This document shows positions 1 through 13,600 of a stretch of 64,000 bases of DNA, in pieces. Made by a program: the position numbers and the translations under genes. The DNA is from Camelus dromedarius (lineage: Eukaryota), in NCBI RefSeq assembly GCF_036321535.1, contig NC_087437.1, forward strand, positions 12,216,001-12,280,000, in the 5' to 3' direction. A model generated the notes under the pieces. It did not search any database and was not told where the DNA came from. It saw only the letters and a list, made by a program, of their open reading frames with translations. Every line of letters starts with the position of its first letter. Positions within the stretch are counted from its first letter, which is position 1.

Positions 1-540
1 TCCATCCTTCTCTGCTTTGCATTGCTGCCCTGGGACTGTGCAGTCACATGGCCTCCCATCCAGCTGGATCCTGGTTTGCCTCCAAAAAGAGATGCTAGAG
101 GGTGTCTGGGAGGGAGGACGAGGAAGGAGCAGCAGTTTGCTTCCCTTCCGTGGGAGCACCACCTCATCTGTACATCTTCACCCAGGCGGTGACAGTGGCT
201 GACACTGATTCCAGGTTGTAGTTTTTCCAACACGCCCAGGACCAGTTTCAGCGCCACCAGCACCTGCCAGGCGGGGGTCTTCTCAGAGGCCTGGTCCCTC
301 TTTGAGCCTTAAGCTGTGACGGTTCCCACCTTGTCTCTGTTTCCCGGCCTGTGAGTAAGAGCTGCTTCCTGTAATTCACTGCCTTCGGATACCTGTGTTC
401 CCTTTTTGTCTTTTCAGGTCTCCAATAGCTGGTTAACAATTCTGGGCATTAAGTCCTGTCTGATAGTGTGTCTGTCTCCTGAGTGATTCAGAAATTCATG
501 CCAGGAGCGGTCCCAGAAACAACCCCCTAAAATTGGGATG
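1..540 (+). mobile_element. LTR33-like ERVL LTR (truncated by window edge) followed by start of ERVL internal region
   Basis: Resembles recalled LTR33 3' half (ctgattccaggttgtagtttttccaacac...agctgcttcctg...tgttcccttttt...ggttaacaattct...ctgtctcctga), then gccaggagcggtcccagaaac resembling the ERVL PBS/leader. Confidence 0.6.
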
Positions 541-699
541 ATTATGCTCATAAATTGACAGCTTAGCATGTCGAGGCTAAATATATGTCAACATGTCTTA
601 CTCTAAGGTTGTTTCTATAGTTGCTGCTGCTGCTACCTAAAATAACATAAAACCCACGTGGCATTCTGGAGTTTTCCAAGGGCATTCATCTGGGTTACC

Positions 700-835
700 T
701 TATCTAATCCTTGCTTCATGTCTCTAAAAAGCTTTCCAACAGAAGAAACTCAACCTCTGAGATGCTTGAAATCACAGAGTTAGTAAGTAGGAGAACCAAA
801 GACTCAAATTCAGATATTATGATTCTCTATACTAT
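700..835 (-). mobile_element. MIR SINE fragment
   Basis: Degenerate MIR core (cagaagaaactc...tcacagagttagtaagtaggagaacc...actcaaattcag); boundaries approximate. Confidence 0.5.
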
Positions 836-1693
836 AGCTACCTTTTCGAAACGTTCTAAAAGAACCCATTGCTTCATTTAGAGCAAATTTTGTTTTAAAT
901 ATTAAGACTTCTTCTAACAAGAGAATGAGTGCTGGTCGACATGGTGTAAAGGAAAGATAATCCAATAAATTGGCTTAATCATGTAGCTGCCACCTCAGAA
1001 AGCTGTAATTAAGTCTTATTCTGGAAGAGAAATAATTTGGGGCTTTTCTTATTTTAAAAGTTATTCAATTTCAAAAATCTCAGGAAGAAGGAGTATTTTG
1101 TATATTGTAACAGTTTAAACTGATCAAGCATTAGTAGGAAGAATCTGTACCTAATTCCCCAACTCAAATTGAATAATCTCAGCATCGCCCCAGGTATCAA
1201 AATATCTCATCCTTACTTCTCAGGGAAACAATGGGCGGCATTGTGTGAAGGACACAGACAACTCCACGTTCAAGTTTACTCGGACATAAATACAGTGCAC
1301 TTCACAAATGTGCGCAGATTATGTACATTTTTATGAGTTTGACAAAAAGGAAAACAGTGGGAATGGGGAGGTATTTCTAACATCTTGGCTCTTTCCAGCC
1401 TCTTGAGTCTTTCTAAAGCTTGGCAGGATTATTTTCATACCAGTTAAATACTTGTACGGCCCGGGCAGCAAGGAAGTCTAGAATTCCTAACAAATCCATC
1501 TTGTTTTCTCAGATGCAAGTAATCAATCCTAATACTGTTTTGATTTCATTTACTGAGACATAATTTTATAAAGCTTTTGGAGAAAAAGTAAGCTGTGTAA
1601 TTTTAGGAAGCGCTTCAATTATATTTGAGAGTCAAAACTGTATTTAATTTTAGTTGTTAATTACCAACAGCTCTTCTTCAGTTCTCTGCCACC

Positions 1694-2660
1694 TTTTTAA
1701 AATAAAAATTGTGTATATTTAAGATGTACAACATGACTCTTTGATATACGCATACATAATGAAATGATTATTACAGTCGAGCTAATTAATGTCCTCATCT
1801 CCTCACACAGCTGTGCGTATGTGTGCTGAGAGACCTGAAATCTATCCTTATCAAATTTCCAGTATTCAATACAGTATTATTAACTGTAATCATCATGTTA
1901 CATGTTAGGTCTCATTCATCCTACAGAACTATAACTTTGTAGCCTTGACCAATATCTCTTCATTTGCCCCCTCTTCCCACCCCTGGTAATCACCATTCTA
2001 CTCTCTGCCTCTGTGTGGTCTACATTTTTAGATTCCACATGTAAGTAATACCAGCCAGTATTTGTCTTTTTGTGTGTGGCTTATTTCACTTAACATAACG
2101 TCCTCTAGGTTTATCCGTGATGTTGCAAATGGCAGAATCTCCTTTTCTAAGGCTGAATAATAATGGAATAAATGTTACTGTGTGTATATACCGTGATTTC
2201 TTTACCTATTCATCCATCAATGGACACTTAAGTTGTTTCCATAGCTTAAATATTGTGAATAATGACAACGAAGAGAGAGTGCAGATACCTATTCAAGGAA
2301 CGGATTTCATCTCCTTTAACATATACTCAAAAGAAGGATTGGTGGATCATATGGTAGTTCCATTTTTAGATTTGGGGGGATAATTAAGTTTTTTGTTTGT
2401 TTGTTTTAATGGAGGTACTGGGAATTGAACCCAGGACCTCATGTATGCTAAGCACACACTCTTCCATTGAGCTATACCCTCCCCCCAGTTTTTTTTTGAG
2501 GCACCTCTGCACTGTTTTCCATAAAGCCTATGCCAGCTTACGTCCCCACCAAAAGTGTACAAGAGTTCCCTTTACTCCACGTCCTTGACAACACTTTCGT
2601 TTTTTTGATAATTGCCATCTGAACAGGTGTGAGATGGTATCTCCTTGTAGATTTCAGCGC
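1694..2660 (-). mobile_element. Old L1 (L1MA-type) 3' end/ORF2 tail, interrupted by a SINE
   Basis: Typical antisense L1 3'UTR motifs (ttagattccacatgtaagt, ggcttatttcacttaacata, catccatcaatggacacttaagttg, aggtgtgagatggtatctc). Confidence 0.85.
2371..2486 (-). mobile_element. tRNA-derived camelid SINE (Vic-1-like)
   Basis: Reverse complement reads GGGGGGAGGGTATAGCTCAATGG...GGTCCTGGGTTCAATTCCCAGTACCTCC with A/B boxes and an (AAAC)n tail; inserted in L1. Confidence 0.9.
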
Positions 2661-3299
2661 ATCCCCCTGACCGCCATCCGTCAGTATCTGTCTGAGTGCT
2701 CTTGATGCTGGCAGCCCTATTTGTTGTTGTGATCAGAGAAGTGCTCTCTCCCCTGCAGCCTGGAAAACTGATTTTTTCATCATTTCTGACACATAATGCC
2801 CTTTCATAGGAATTGCCCAAAAGGAAACTGACAGCTCTATAACATATATTACAATTTAAAGTTGCTAAGCTAAATCATCTTAATTTCCACCAAATTTTAA
2901 ATGTATTTTTCTTTTACTTTGAAAACAAGTTCAACCTTTGATGTCAATGTTACTTGAAGATATGCATCTGCTTTCTTGCTGTTCTTTAGAATGTCACTGT
3001 CATACCAACACCAATGTTTTTGCTTTATAAACTCCTATGGGGCACTAGTCTGTATTTTCATTTATAACCTAACCTACAACTACACAGATATTAGACAGCT
3101 GTTCAGTTTTTTCATTATGATAATGGCTTTAAATCAAAGAGAGATCAGGCTCTTACAGACGTGAACAGTTATTTGGATATAGGTGACCCTAAACCAGAAT
3201 TCATCATTGAGACCAGACATGGTTCTGAACTAGAATTTGACCATTCTTTCAGTCCATGTATCACTGGTGAAAGATCCCACAAGAAACAGAGGCCACAAG

Positions 3300-3467
3300 G
3301 TGAGCCTTGCTGCTCAAATCACGGTCCACATACTGCAGCCTCAGCAGCACGTAGAAGCTCGTTAAAAGGCAGAATCTTGGGCCTGGGTTTCCACCTACTG
3401 AGTCAGACTCCTCGTTTGCATGATCCTCAGATGATTTTTATGCACTGCAAAACTTGAGAAGCACTGA
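3300..3467. mobile_element. MER5A-like hAT-Charlie MITE
   Basis: gcagaatcttgggcc...cctactgagtcagac...gatgatttttatgcac...ttgagaagcactg. Confidence 0.65.
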
Positions 3468-5552
3468 TGTAGAAGACATATTGTCCTGAAAGCATTTTAA
3501 AGATATTTATAGTTTCTCAACCTCAGCATCCTATTTAAAAATATAATCCCCTGGAACTGTTAGGCTCCAGGACTAAAAAAATTTCTCCAAGCCTTATAAC
3601 TTGAACCTTCATTTAAAATTTGATATAAAAATTAAAAACAGACATTTCCTTGCTACTTCCTTATATACTAATTTTCCTAACTATATTATGGGGTATTAAA
3701 AATAATATTTTCTTATAAAGAATAATGGCTCCTCTAACCCTGGTGTATAGGAAATTAATAGTCAATATACCATTTTTTTTATGCAGAATCATGTCAGCCT
3801 AATGGTATAAAATTTACAGGAACTGTAAAGTCTTCTGTGTTCTTTCTTAGATATATCCTCCAATTTTTTCTGAATCGTGATTGGGGTATTTTCCCTTTTA
3901 TCTAGCACATATCTATTTTTTGTGCTGTTTTGCGTAAACATTCAGCATCACTGAAGGCCATTTTTTTTTCATGTGATTTTGTCCTGACCTGCCATCTATT
4001 TTAAAACACATCACATCATAAAGTGATCTGCCATTTGGTTTATTTTTGTTCTGATCTTTTTCTTCTTGTTCCTATTACTCACCAAGAATTCCCTTGCTTT
4101 TTTTGCCCCTTTGTATTTGTAGTATATGAACTGGCCTGGTCTGGTACCAAGGATTACATTTAGCAATTAGCTTCTTTTCTACATCTCTTCAGGATTTCTT
4201 CTTGGACTTGGGCACATTCTGTTCCCAGTTTCTCTTGGGAAAGACTGATAAGGAAATTAAATTACCAGTGGATACGGTATATTTCAGCACTACTGTAAAT
4301 TTCCTAAAAATCTAAATTTTCATATCCTGTTTATTTTGACAACCGTAAGACCAAGCCTTTCTTAATTTAACAATAAATGTGCAGTGGGAATATTTTTGGC
4401 TTATTTATTTTCTTATTTGAAGAATAAAGTCTTCTTCCAAAGACAAGGCCTAAGAAAAAAAGATAATTGCCTTATTAATAGAAAGAGAATAACTTGCATT
4501 TTATTCTTTTCTGTACAACTTTCTGCGAATAATGGAGCTGCCAGCTAATTCTCCAATGTATTAGCATCATCAAATCCTGAATCTCCACCAAGTGCTAGTT
4601 TCAAGTCTTTGGAAACTTCTCAGCTAGAGAATGATCCAGGGTTTCAAAGACAGTCTTGCCACCCAGCAGGGATGTAGACAATGGGTTTAAGAATGAATCT
4701 TGAATCAAAAGTAGAACCCTGGCCAAAAAATTAGGCAGGGGATCTTTCAGGATAGAAAGGTCTCTTCTGTCCTTCTGGAAATTTTCCATGCCATTCCCAG
4801 ACTTTATGTATGAATAAGCTTGTGAACTAACCCCAAAAGTGTGAGAGATTGGTTGAACTCTGAATGTAAAGATGTTTTAGGAATACCTTAATCAATGTAT
4901 TTAGCTCACATTTCCCTTTTTATGCATAAAAATTATAAGTGCTAAAAATGTGTCTACCTAAATCTAAAAGAAGCTTTTTCAAGAAGTACGAAATAAAAAA
5001 GTAAGTGGTAAGTTAAGCCTTGTGCCACTATTTAATTGGCAGTATTTTGTTTGTTTTTATATTTTAGTAGTACGTACAGTGTGCTTTACTGTTGATAGCA
5101 TTTTAAGTCTATAAAATTCAGTAGTTAGAAAGGGGCAGAGAATACCTTGGTGAGTGTGTCTGCATGTTATGTACAAAAGATGATTACTTAATTGAGCTGC
5201 ACCTCTCTGCAGAAGCAGGCAGCATTTCTAATGATGCTCATATTCTTGAGTTTCTCATTTTGGAACAGTTTTCATTTCTCTTCAAGGAGAGACAAGATTC
5301 TCTCCCACAGGGATTACTGCAAGAAAGGTTCTCTTTACTTTCCCTGTAACAGCCTGGGCCTCAGACCACCCGTGTGTTTGATACCTGATGGTGTTGACTT
5401 GCTCTACTTGTTCAGAGTCCCTTGGTTGCAGGTAACAGAAGTCAGTATAGAAGAGCACAAAGCATCTCATGGAACCCAGGGCCTGAGATGCATCTGGGTC
5501 TGAGAAATCGAGTACTGCAGCCGCCCAGAGGTCTCCACTCCATTCGCAAGTA

Positions 5553-5784
5553 CGGTGGACCTTTGAGCAATACAGATTTGGAATGTGTAGGTCTAGTTAT
5601 ACATGGAATTTTTTCAATAGTAAATACTGCAGTCCTGCGTGGCCCACAGTTGGTTGAATCTGTGAATGCTGAACCACAGATATGGAGAAATCTGGCGTAC
5701 GGAGGGCTGACTATAAATTATACGAGGATTTTCAACTGCGTGGAGTCAGTGCCCTTAGCCCCTGCCTTGTTCAAGACTTAACCG
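5553..5784. mobile_element. MER8-like Tigger MITE
   Basis: Degenerate TIRs (cggtggacctttgagcaa / ttgttcaagacttaaccg) flanked by TA on both sides; internal gttggttgaatctgtgaatgctgaacc. Confidence 0.8.
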
Positions 5785-6594
5785 TAACTCTTTCAACTGG
5801 TTTGGAAATGCTCTATAGGCATCTCTGAGTTAAAATGTTTGTTTTAACAGAAGTAAGAATAATTATTTTACTTCATGAAAGCCATAGCCTGCATGATCCT
5901 CATATGTATTAAATAGGAACGGTTTATTAGAATGTATGAATAAGCAGAAGTCAAGAGTGCAGGAAATAAAGGAAGTGAAGCCAAGTATCTACTGGTCCAT
6001 CCTAGGTCTAGGTCAGCTTGCACACTTTCATCCAAGGAATAGAAGTCTGTGATACTGTCTTGTCTTGTAGTATGTGTAGAAAAGGTATTAGCACAACTTA
6101 TTGTCGCCAAAAAGGTAGACCATTGACAACACCCATAGGTTGCACTGCGTTGCCTGTGCAAGGGAGGTGGGAGGTGACCGGTGATTTTGGCAAGTACGTG
6201 AAATCTCAGATTACCTGGTAATTATCACTCCTCTCTGTTTTCTCTCATACAGACAAACAAAGCCTGTCTCTAACTATCAGAGTATCCCTTGACAAGCGGA
6301 AGATTAACTGTGTCTTTTATTGCTGCATTACCTGGGTAATTGAAGGCAGCTGAATAAGGAATCAACCCAGGGATGATGTGCTTGCACAAATTCTCCTCTA
6401 TTTTGTGCGGGAAAATATTAGAAGGCAGAAAAAGAGTAAGCAAATGTAATGAAGTTTTTTACATAAAAATAAGAGCCACTTTGCAGATTGTTTCATTCAA
6501 TGCGTGGCTCCACTAAAGATATACTAGCCACGAATCTTACATCAGCCATTCCCAATTTCTGGTGCTTTATGAGTGATTATGTGATGGTGATTTA

Positions 6595-7335
6595 TCTCAT
6601 TCAGCCATTCAGTTGATGTTTATTACATTTCTGTAATGTTCCAGGCACTAGGGCTGAAGCAGTGAACAAAAATGCATCCCTGTCCTGCTGTATAGCAGGG
6701 AAAACAGACAATCTAATCAGTAACTCTGATCAAATACAATAAGCCGTACTTCCCAAATAGTAACTGCTTCTGGGGGCATGTAACAGGAATGTGGGACCCT
6801 ATCTAGGATCCCAGGAAAGCCTGCTCAAAAAAATGGAACTTTTAAATTGAGAAGTGAATAAAAGTGAGCCAGGAGTGTAGAATAAGAGTGTTCTAAGCAG
6901 AGGAAAGAGCACATGCAAATGTCAGAAAGAGGGAGCGAGGGAAGACTGTATTTTGAGAAAATGGGAGATGTTCCATGGGTTAGATCAAAAAGTGCTCATT
7001 CCACATTTTCCAGGGACTTGAAAAGTCTTTTGGGGACTTGGGACCATATCCTAAGGCCAAAGGGAAGCCCAGCTAGGGTTCCCATCATGGCTGAAGCTTA
7101 GAGAATAGGTTGGATGAGGGAATAGATTAGACATGAGGGGATAAAACCAGTTCAGTTACTGCTGTGGCCCAGAAGAGAGATGCTGTTGGCCTTGACTGAG
7201 GTAGTGTCATAGATTTATCAGTGGATGAGTCTGAAGCAGAATCAAGTGTAGGCATGAGGGAGAAGGAAGAGTCAAGGATGACTTTCAGGATTTTAGTTAT
7301 AGCAACTGGATCATCAGTGGAACCAATCACTGGGG
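6595..7335 (-). mobile_element. L2 LINE 3' fragment
   Basis: cattcagccattcagttgatgtttatt...ccaggcactagg...gagtcaaggatgactttcagg, typical antisense L2. Confidence 0.7.
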
Positions 7336-8814
7336 GGAAAAAACAAAGAAAATAACTGCCTACTTCTATGCTTCTTTGTCAAAAAATCTCACTAAATATG
7401 TGTTACTGAAATCTGCTCAGTATGAAAAGAGAGAATAGAATAAATAGATGAAGGAACGAACAAACGGTCATGGAAGATTACAATAGGGTCAGGAACAGGA
7501 CCAGCACATCAGTGAGGTCCGACCTCCTCTGAAGAGAAGGACCACACATTTGATGCTGAGCTTTCCAGCAGCCAAGAGAGGAGGCAAACATGATTCATGG
7601 AGTTCATCAGTGAAATGAAGCCGGTTGCTTAGAGAAGCCCCATCCTGCCTGGTATTGAAAACAAAGAGTAATGTCTCCAATAAGTCTTTCCAGAAAGACA
7701 CCATCTAAGGTCATGGACAACATCCTCTTCAGAAACACAGTGATAACCTTCATCAGCCCTTTCCTGTGCTGCCCCTCGAGATGGACCAGGGTGTCTGCTG
7801 TTACAAAATTAACTGAAAATCAACTCTGAAAGAAGAGAGTGTTTCTGCATGGTCGATTGTCACTTTCTGATGGTCTGCCATCAGCCCCAGGGTGGAATGT
7901 AGACTATCTTTTTCTTTCCTGGCTTCTGTGTGGTCCTTGAACTTGAATTTTTTAATGTACATTCTGTGTATTTTTTCTGGATGTCAAAATAGGAAAGAAC
8001 CTACTTTTTTTTTTTTACTGGTAATGAGGAATAGACAGAGCTTTGGGGAGACCCTCCATAAATACATCTTCTCTCAGCCAAGTTTTAAAAAGATATTGCT
8101 GGATCAGTAATGAGTTTAAGGCTATATTGCTGGAGAAGTGCCTAAGGACAGCTGCTCTGTTTTATCAGGAATTGCTAAGCCATGTGCTTTTTCAGCTAAG
8201 CTTGGGGTAGAGTTAATACCCTCCTGTGGAAGTTGGGGTCCTTAAGAATGAGCTATGCTTCAGTAGAAGGGTGCCTGGTTTTGCTTAGCAATGAGTCATA
8301 GGACAAGTCCCAGGCAACCCAAGATCCTCCCCAGAAAGTCATTTTGAGTCCATTATAACACAGACAGATGGGAAATGGAGATCCCAGAGTTCCCTGTTTT
8401 AAGGTACAACTTTAATCTTTATCTCAGAAAAATTTTAAAGCAGCTGTAACCAAATGCCCACTTTGGTCATAAAAAAATAAAAATTTCAGCAAATAGAGCA
8501 TCCAGGGAATATCAAACGTGAACAGTGTCATTCCCAGGGTAGGCTGAAAAACTATAATGCAATTATTTTTAAGTTTCCATTCAAATTTTTACCAATATCC
8601 CAGGTTCTTTAAGCCAATGAATAATAAATCTGCATTTTTTATTACTAAACAAGAATATGGCCATTTCTGGAACGCAGTGTTATTACAGTTCAATTTCAGT
8701 ATGATAGCTGAAATAGTAGACTTCTAGCAATACCTTGAGTTTGAACTTGTTTGGACAAGAGGCTTGGTTCTGCTGTATGGTCATCTACCAAGAGTGAGGT
8801 AGGGGTCTGTGGGG

Positions 8815-9050
8815 GTCAGTGGTTAGGAGAATACACTTTGAAATCCTATTTCCTGGGTTCAAATTCATTATTCTCCATCTGACTTTGGCAAACTACCTAA
8901 TTGTATCACAGTTTTCTCAACTATAAAATGAATATAGTAATAGTATATACTCCATGAGTGTGTTGTAGAGATTAAAGAAAATAATATATGCAAGAGATGT
9001 TAGGATAGCCTTGGGTACAGACAATGCACGGTAAACATTGGCTGCTATTA
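8815..9050 (+). mobile_element. MIR SINE
   Basis: gtggttaggagaa...cctgggttcaaatt...gactttggcaaactacctaa...cagttttctcaactataaaatg...gagattaaag. Confidence 0.75.
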
Positions 9051-9627
9051 CTGGTCTTAGCTGAGCTAGACGCACTGACCCAATCCATCCGTATCACAAT
9101 GGCTGTAGGACAAAAGGCAGTCCAGACAAACAGGTATAACTCAGCCCAACTCCGTAAGTGAGACAGCCATCACAAGGACATGTGCCCTCCTGCCATAGGA
9201 AGGGACTTACTATCTGGGGACCTGCATGTTCCCTCAGGTACAGCAAGTGGCTACTGTAAACGGTCAGATGGACTCTCTACTAGCGCTCAAGATGCTTATT
9301 AGCTGGCGCCTGTATTTTATCATTGAAAAGTAAATGAGCATTTGCATTTTTAAAATGAAGCATCTAAGTAGATAAATTAGATGAGATAACCTGTGAGACA
9401 GAAGGCAGAACCAGGGCTGGAGGAAAGAAGAAGTGATGATTCCATTAGTACAAAGTGGAGAATTTCAGGTCCCTCCCTCCTGACTTCAAGGCATGCAGTT
9501 ATAAAATTGATTCATCACAGAAATTGGTTTGCCTACCTTGGATGTACAGGAAAGGAATAAAACATGATGGGTGCCAGAAAAATGAAACCTTGTGGTCTCA
9601 AATCACCCAAAAATTCTTAATACCTGT

Positions 9628-10010
9628 GTTAAGAGTTGCAAACTCAAATGATAACTGGAACCAGACAGGTAATGTAAAGAAAAAGGTCGGGCAGATGTAA
9701 GATGACAAATGGTAACAACACCTGGACTCAATGCTGATGATTGATAGAGAGTAGTAGTGACTGTGGAAAACTGGAGATTACTTGCTCCTCAAGACGGCTA
9801 CTCACATCCAACGCACTGTCATCATAAAGGAAGGTAGATGAAGTAGGGCCACGTCTTCCAGTTTGTCAGGCAAAATAGGAAACACGGTCTCTTAAAATTT
9901 TTTAGATCTCTGTTTTAAAAGATTAACAATCAATTGAAATGTAAGACTTTGTATGGCTCAACATTATAGGCCAAAGAGAACACATCTGTGTGCCCAGTTG
10001 AGTGTGACAT
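9628..10010. mobile_element. MER102-like hAT-Charlie element
   Basis: gttgcaaactcaaatg...ccagacaggtaatgtaaa...gactgtggaaaactggaga...ggccaaagagaacacatctg resembles recalled MER102. Confidence 0.6.
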
Positions 10011-10239
10011 TTTGAACATACGGTTTACTCACATCATATTGGATGTGAGTGATGTATTGTTAACTGAAGTCTTTGCCAAAATGTTTCAGTTAAAAGTGAA
10101 TACTGTTGTCCAGGGATCCCCACAGGATTTGAGGGAATGACCAGGGAGCATATCCCAAGAAGACACATGACAGGATACTTCATAAGCAAGTATCCTGTCA
10201 TGGATATAGGGCTTCCTGTCTTGGTGACTTGGATCAGAG

Positions 10240-10455
10240 ATCATCAAGGTTTTTCCCTGTGACCACATCTGGCCTACTGCAGAAGTTTTATGTAAACGTA
10301 GCCACACCCATTGTTTGCATATTGTCTCTGGCTGCTTTCCTGTGGCAAAGGCAGAATTAAGTATTTGTAGTATTTGTAACAGAGACCCTATGGGCCATAA
10401 AGCCTAAAACTTTGATTATTAGACACACTTTACAAAAATAGTTGACCGACCCTTA
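10240..10455. mobile_element. MER58A-like hAT-Charlie MITE
   Basis: agccacacccattgtttgcatattgtctctggctgctttc...aacagagacc...aagcctaaaa...ctttacaaaaatagttgaccgaccc. Confidence 0.75.
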
Positions 10456-11281
10456 ATCCAAATAAACACATCAACCAAAAATGATTCTGTAATTTGAAAA
10501 CTACAAAAACAGAAGTATGTATATATAAATTCATGTGCTTGTGTATAACGTGCTGGAAGAGCTTAAAGAAGGAAGGGATGGTTTCTTCTGGGAGGCAGTG
10601 TGGAAGGCTAAGCTGAAAGGTAATATTTGACTTAGGTCTTAAAGGACAGGGCAGAGTTGCCCCAGTGCGGAAGGGAGAACTTTCAGGCATGACACATTGG
10701 ATTACAGCTGATGATTTCAGCTCGGGGACAACAGGGGGCAAAAGAGGGGTTAAAACTCCCAGGAGTAAGTCAGGGAAGCAGGAAAGAACTGACTCCCCTC
10801 CTTTTTAACTCTCAGAAGCCCTAGCTTCATATTTGTTTTCTGTTTTTTTAAAGAATAGCTCCTTTGACTCAACTTTAAGACATAGCACAACTAGTTGGTG
10901 TGTAACCTACCCAGTAAAGATGGACAATGAATAGTGTCCATGAAAAAAATGACTGAGCACACCGATCTAATGTTTTTTTCTCAGAGAGTGAAGCTGAAAA
11001 CACTGGATGGTGGGCTTAGTGAGGTATTAGAATCCAGTCTGTTAAAGGAATAAGGAATGTAGATTTGTTTTTCCTAAAAATAGTTTGCAAAGAATATGTT
11101 CCATGTGTAGTGGTACTGTGTATGTTATATTTATTTTAATATCCATCAGTAATGTATACATAGTAAGTGCTCAGTTAATACTCTCTGAATTAATAAATAA
11201 TCTATTCAAAGTAATTTATATTTATTCAATTCCTACTCATTCTTCAAGATTTATCTGTTGAACATTCCAGAATTATCATTT

Positions 11282-11800
11282 TGTTACTGAGTCCAAACTT
11301 GTTCTGCTCGCCACATGACAGGTCAGTAAATCGGGAGATGAGATGTTGGGGCAAGGAATAACAACTTTATTCGGAAAGCCAGCAGACGGAGAAGATGGGG
11401 GACTAATGTCCTAAAGAACCATCTTCCCCAAGTCAGAATTCAGGCTCTTCTTATACTAAAAAGGGGAGGGGGTGTGGCTGGTTGTTGAAAACTTTTTGGT
11501 GTTGGAATCCTTTGTTCTTGCAGCTGTCTACATAGGTCAGGTCATGATGTTCCTGTAAACCTCCAACAAGACAAATGTTATTTTCCATTCTGCAACTTTT
11601 AATCTCTATATCAATGGAAAAGTGTTCTACCCTTAAAGGTCAGAGCCTTGAGAATAGGCTGCCCTGTATATTTCAGTCTCTAGGCAACATTCTTTTACAA
11701 AAGGTGCAGAACCAGCATGACTAAGCACAGGAACAGAGCAGAGGGTTAGAGCCAAAGGAACAGATCTAATATGGAGTCAGGTTTGTTCTTCCCCACTACA
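11282..11800 (-). mobile_element. ERV1-class solo LTR
   Basis: TG...CA termini, perfect 4-bp TSD ATTT (11278-11281/11801-11804), AATAAA and TATA-like box on minus strand, ~520 bp. Confidence 0.85.
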
Positions 11801-12859
11801 ATTTGATAAAGGAACAGGGGTAATAGCAGTAGAGGTATTTGGAGGCCATTTGGGGGTTCATTGTGTTCTTTGGAGGGTTATAGCTAAAGAGTACTGGTCA
11901 CAGTCTTCTGTGTTCCTCCTTGTACAGTTTGGTTCATCCTAAGCAAGGCAACAGTGAGCCAGGGAAACCCATGCCTTGTTCTAATTCAACATGACAGTGT
12001 CTTATTTTTCTTTGAAGTCCATCCAAGAGTTTAGTTAATATAATATTTAGGATAATGTTAATTGTTGCAACAAAGTTACCAAAATGCAAATAAGATAGGA
12101 TCACTTTCAATCTCAGATCTTGCAACTACATTTCTCTCGATGACACCATGTCTTTTTGAGGCTGGTTTTTCAGAACTTGTGATTTTTAATAGCAAGTATT
12201 GTGCCAAAATCAACATTGCATAGGAAATAAGGTTGGTGGTATTTGAGAAGTTGTACAAAGCTCAACAGATGCTCAAGTCTCATTAGTAAGCAATTATGGT
12301 TATGTAAGAATATTAATATTTCTCTCTTGACTTTATAGGTATTATTTTTTCAAGTGACTACTAGACTACTAGTAGGGTATTCATATGTAAGTTATTTGAA
12401 CCTAACTACCTTGAAATAGAATCATTAGATGTTTCTTTTGGCCGTGGGGCACTGTGAAAAGACTACTCAGACAGGATGGTGCCACAAACTGAGGAAGCTT
12501 GGGAACCTCTGATCCAGGGCGTTCTTGCATGCAGAACGCATGGTGAAGGGTAAAGCTAGCTTTAACCTGCAAGCGCCAGTGTGTCCATTGTCAAGCTTAC
12601 AGCAGGAGAAATGAGAGCGTGAGAGAGGTATAGTCTGGCTCTTGAAGGTCCCCACCAACTACTCACACCACTTTACTCATGTTCTATCAGTAAGATCTTA
12701 GTTAAATGGTCATCAGTATTGGCAACTGTGAATAGGAAATGTATTTTAGCTAACCAGTCATGGTCCATGCAGCTACCAAGGAGGAGCAAGTGAATTTGGT
12801 GAAGAGCTAAGTCTCTGTACCCTCTAGAACTGATAGAACACTCTCCTTTTTCTCCAGGG

Positions 12860-13600
12860 AAGAGGCCAGAAGTACCCATCCAGTTACTGCTTCAAGCCCA
12901 AATCTAGGATCTCTGCTGATGCTCAGTCATTTCCAGTAGGTCTGGAATTGACTCCTGGCCTGGGCATCTATGTAAAAAAGACAAGTTATCTGTACCCACT
13001 ATCCCTGAAAACACAACACATTCTTACAAACACAACGGTAAGTCAAGGACCATATAACTGCATGTGAAGACTGCCTTTTGAACAAAGGAAGAATTGGTCC
13101 TGGTCCATAGCAATAATGGAACTCTTCTGCCCAGGCACTGGGTGTACACTTTGACTGGTGAGGGAGGGCTGGCGGGGGGTCATCCTTGATTAGTCTGTTA
13201 CTGCTCTCTGGGTAAAACTCTCTTTTCTATCTTGCCTACTGTCTTCTGCGGCTTCTGGCTCCATCCATTGACAAGTCATTTCTTGCCCATTATCCTCCAT
13301 CGTTTTATCTGAGGTAGACATTGGTACGTCTGCTTTATAATCTAGTTTCTGTTGGCATCTTTGGGTGCTTGAATCATCACAGGCTTTATTGCAGGCTTGC
13401 TGTATGGTTTCTTTGGCGGCATAATTTCCTCAAAATCATAGCAGGCTCCTCATCTCCCCTGAGTGCAGTCCCTTCTCATGCTACTAACTACACTGAGGAT
13501 TCTTTGCCAGGCACATTTCCTTTCCTTCCTTTGTGCCTTTTTTTCCTTCACTCTACCATGCGTCTTTCACATTAAGGGTGGCTCTGCTGAGGCCATGTGA
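12860..13600. mobile_element. MaLR (MLT1-type) internal region fragment
   Basis: gcccaaatctaggatctctg...aaaagacaagttatctg...ataactgc...ctggtccatagcaat resembles recalled MLT1-int; boundaries approximate. Confidence 0.5.

Noticed and set aside
5164..5503. Cluster of overlapping ORFs on both strands
   Set aside because: No recognisable protein, no coherent splice sites; consistent with chance ORFs
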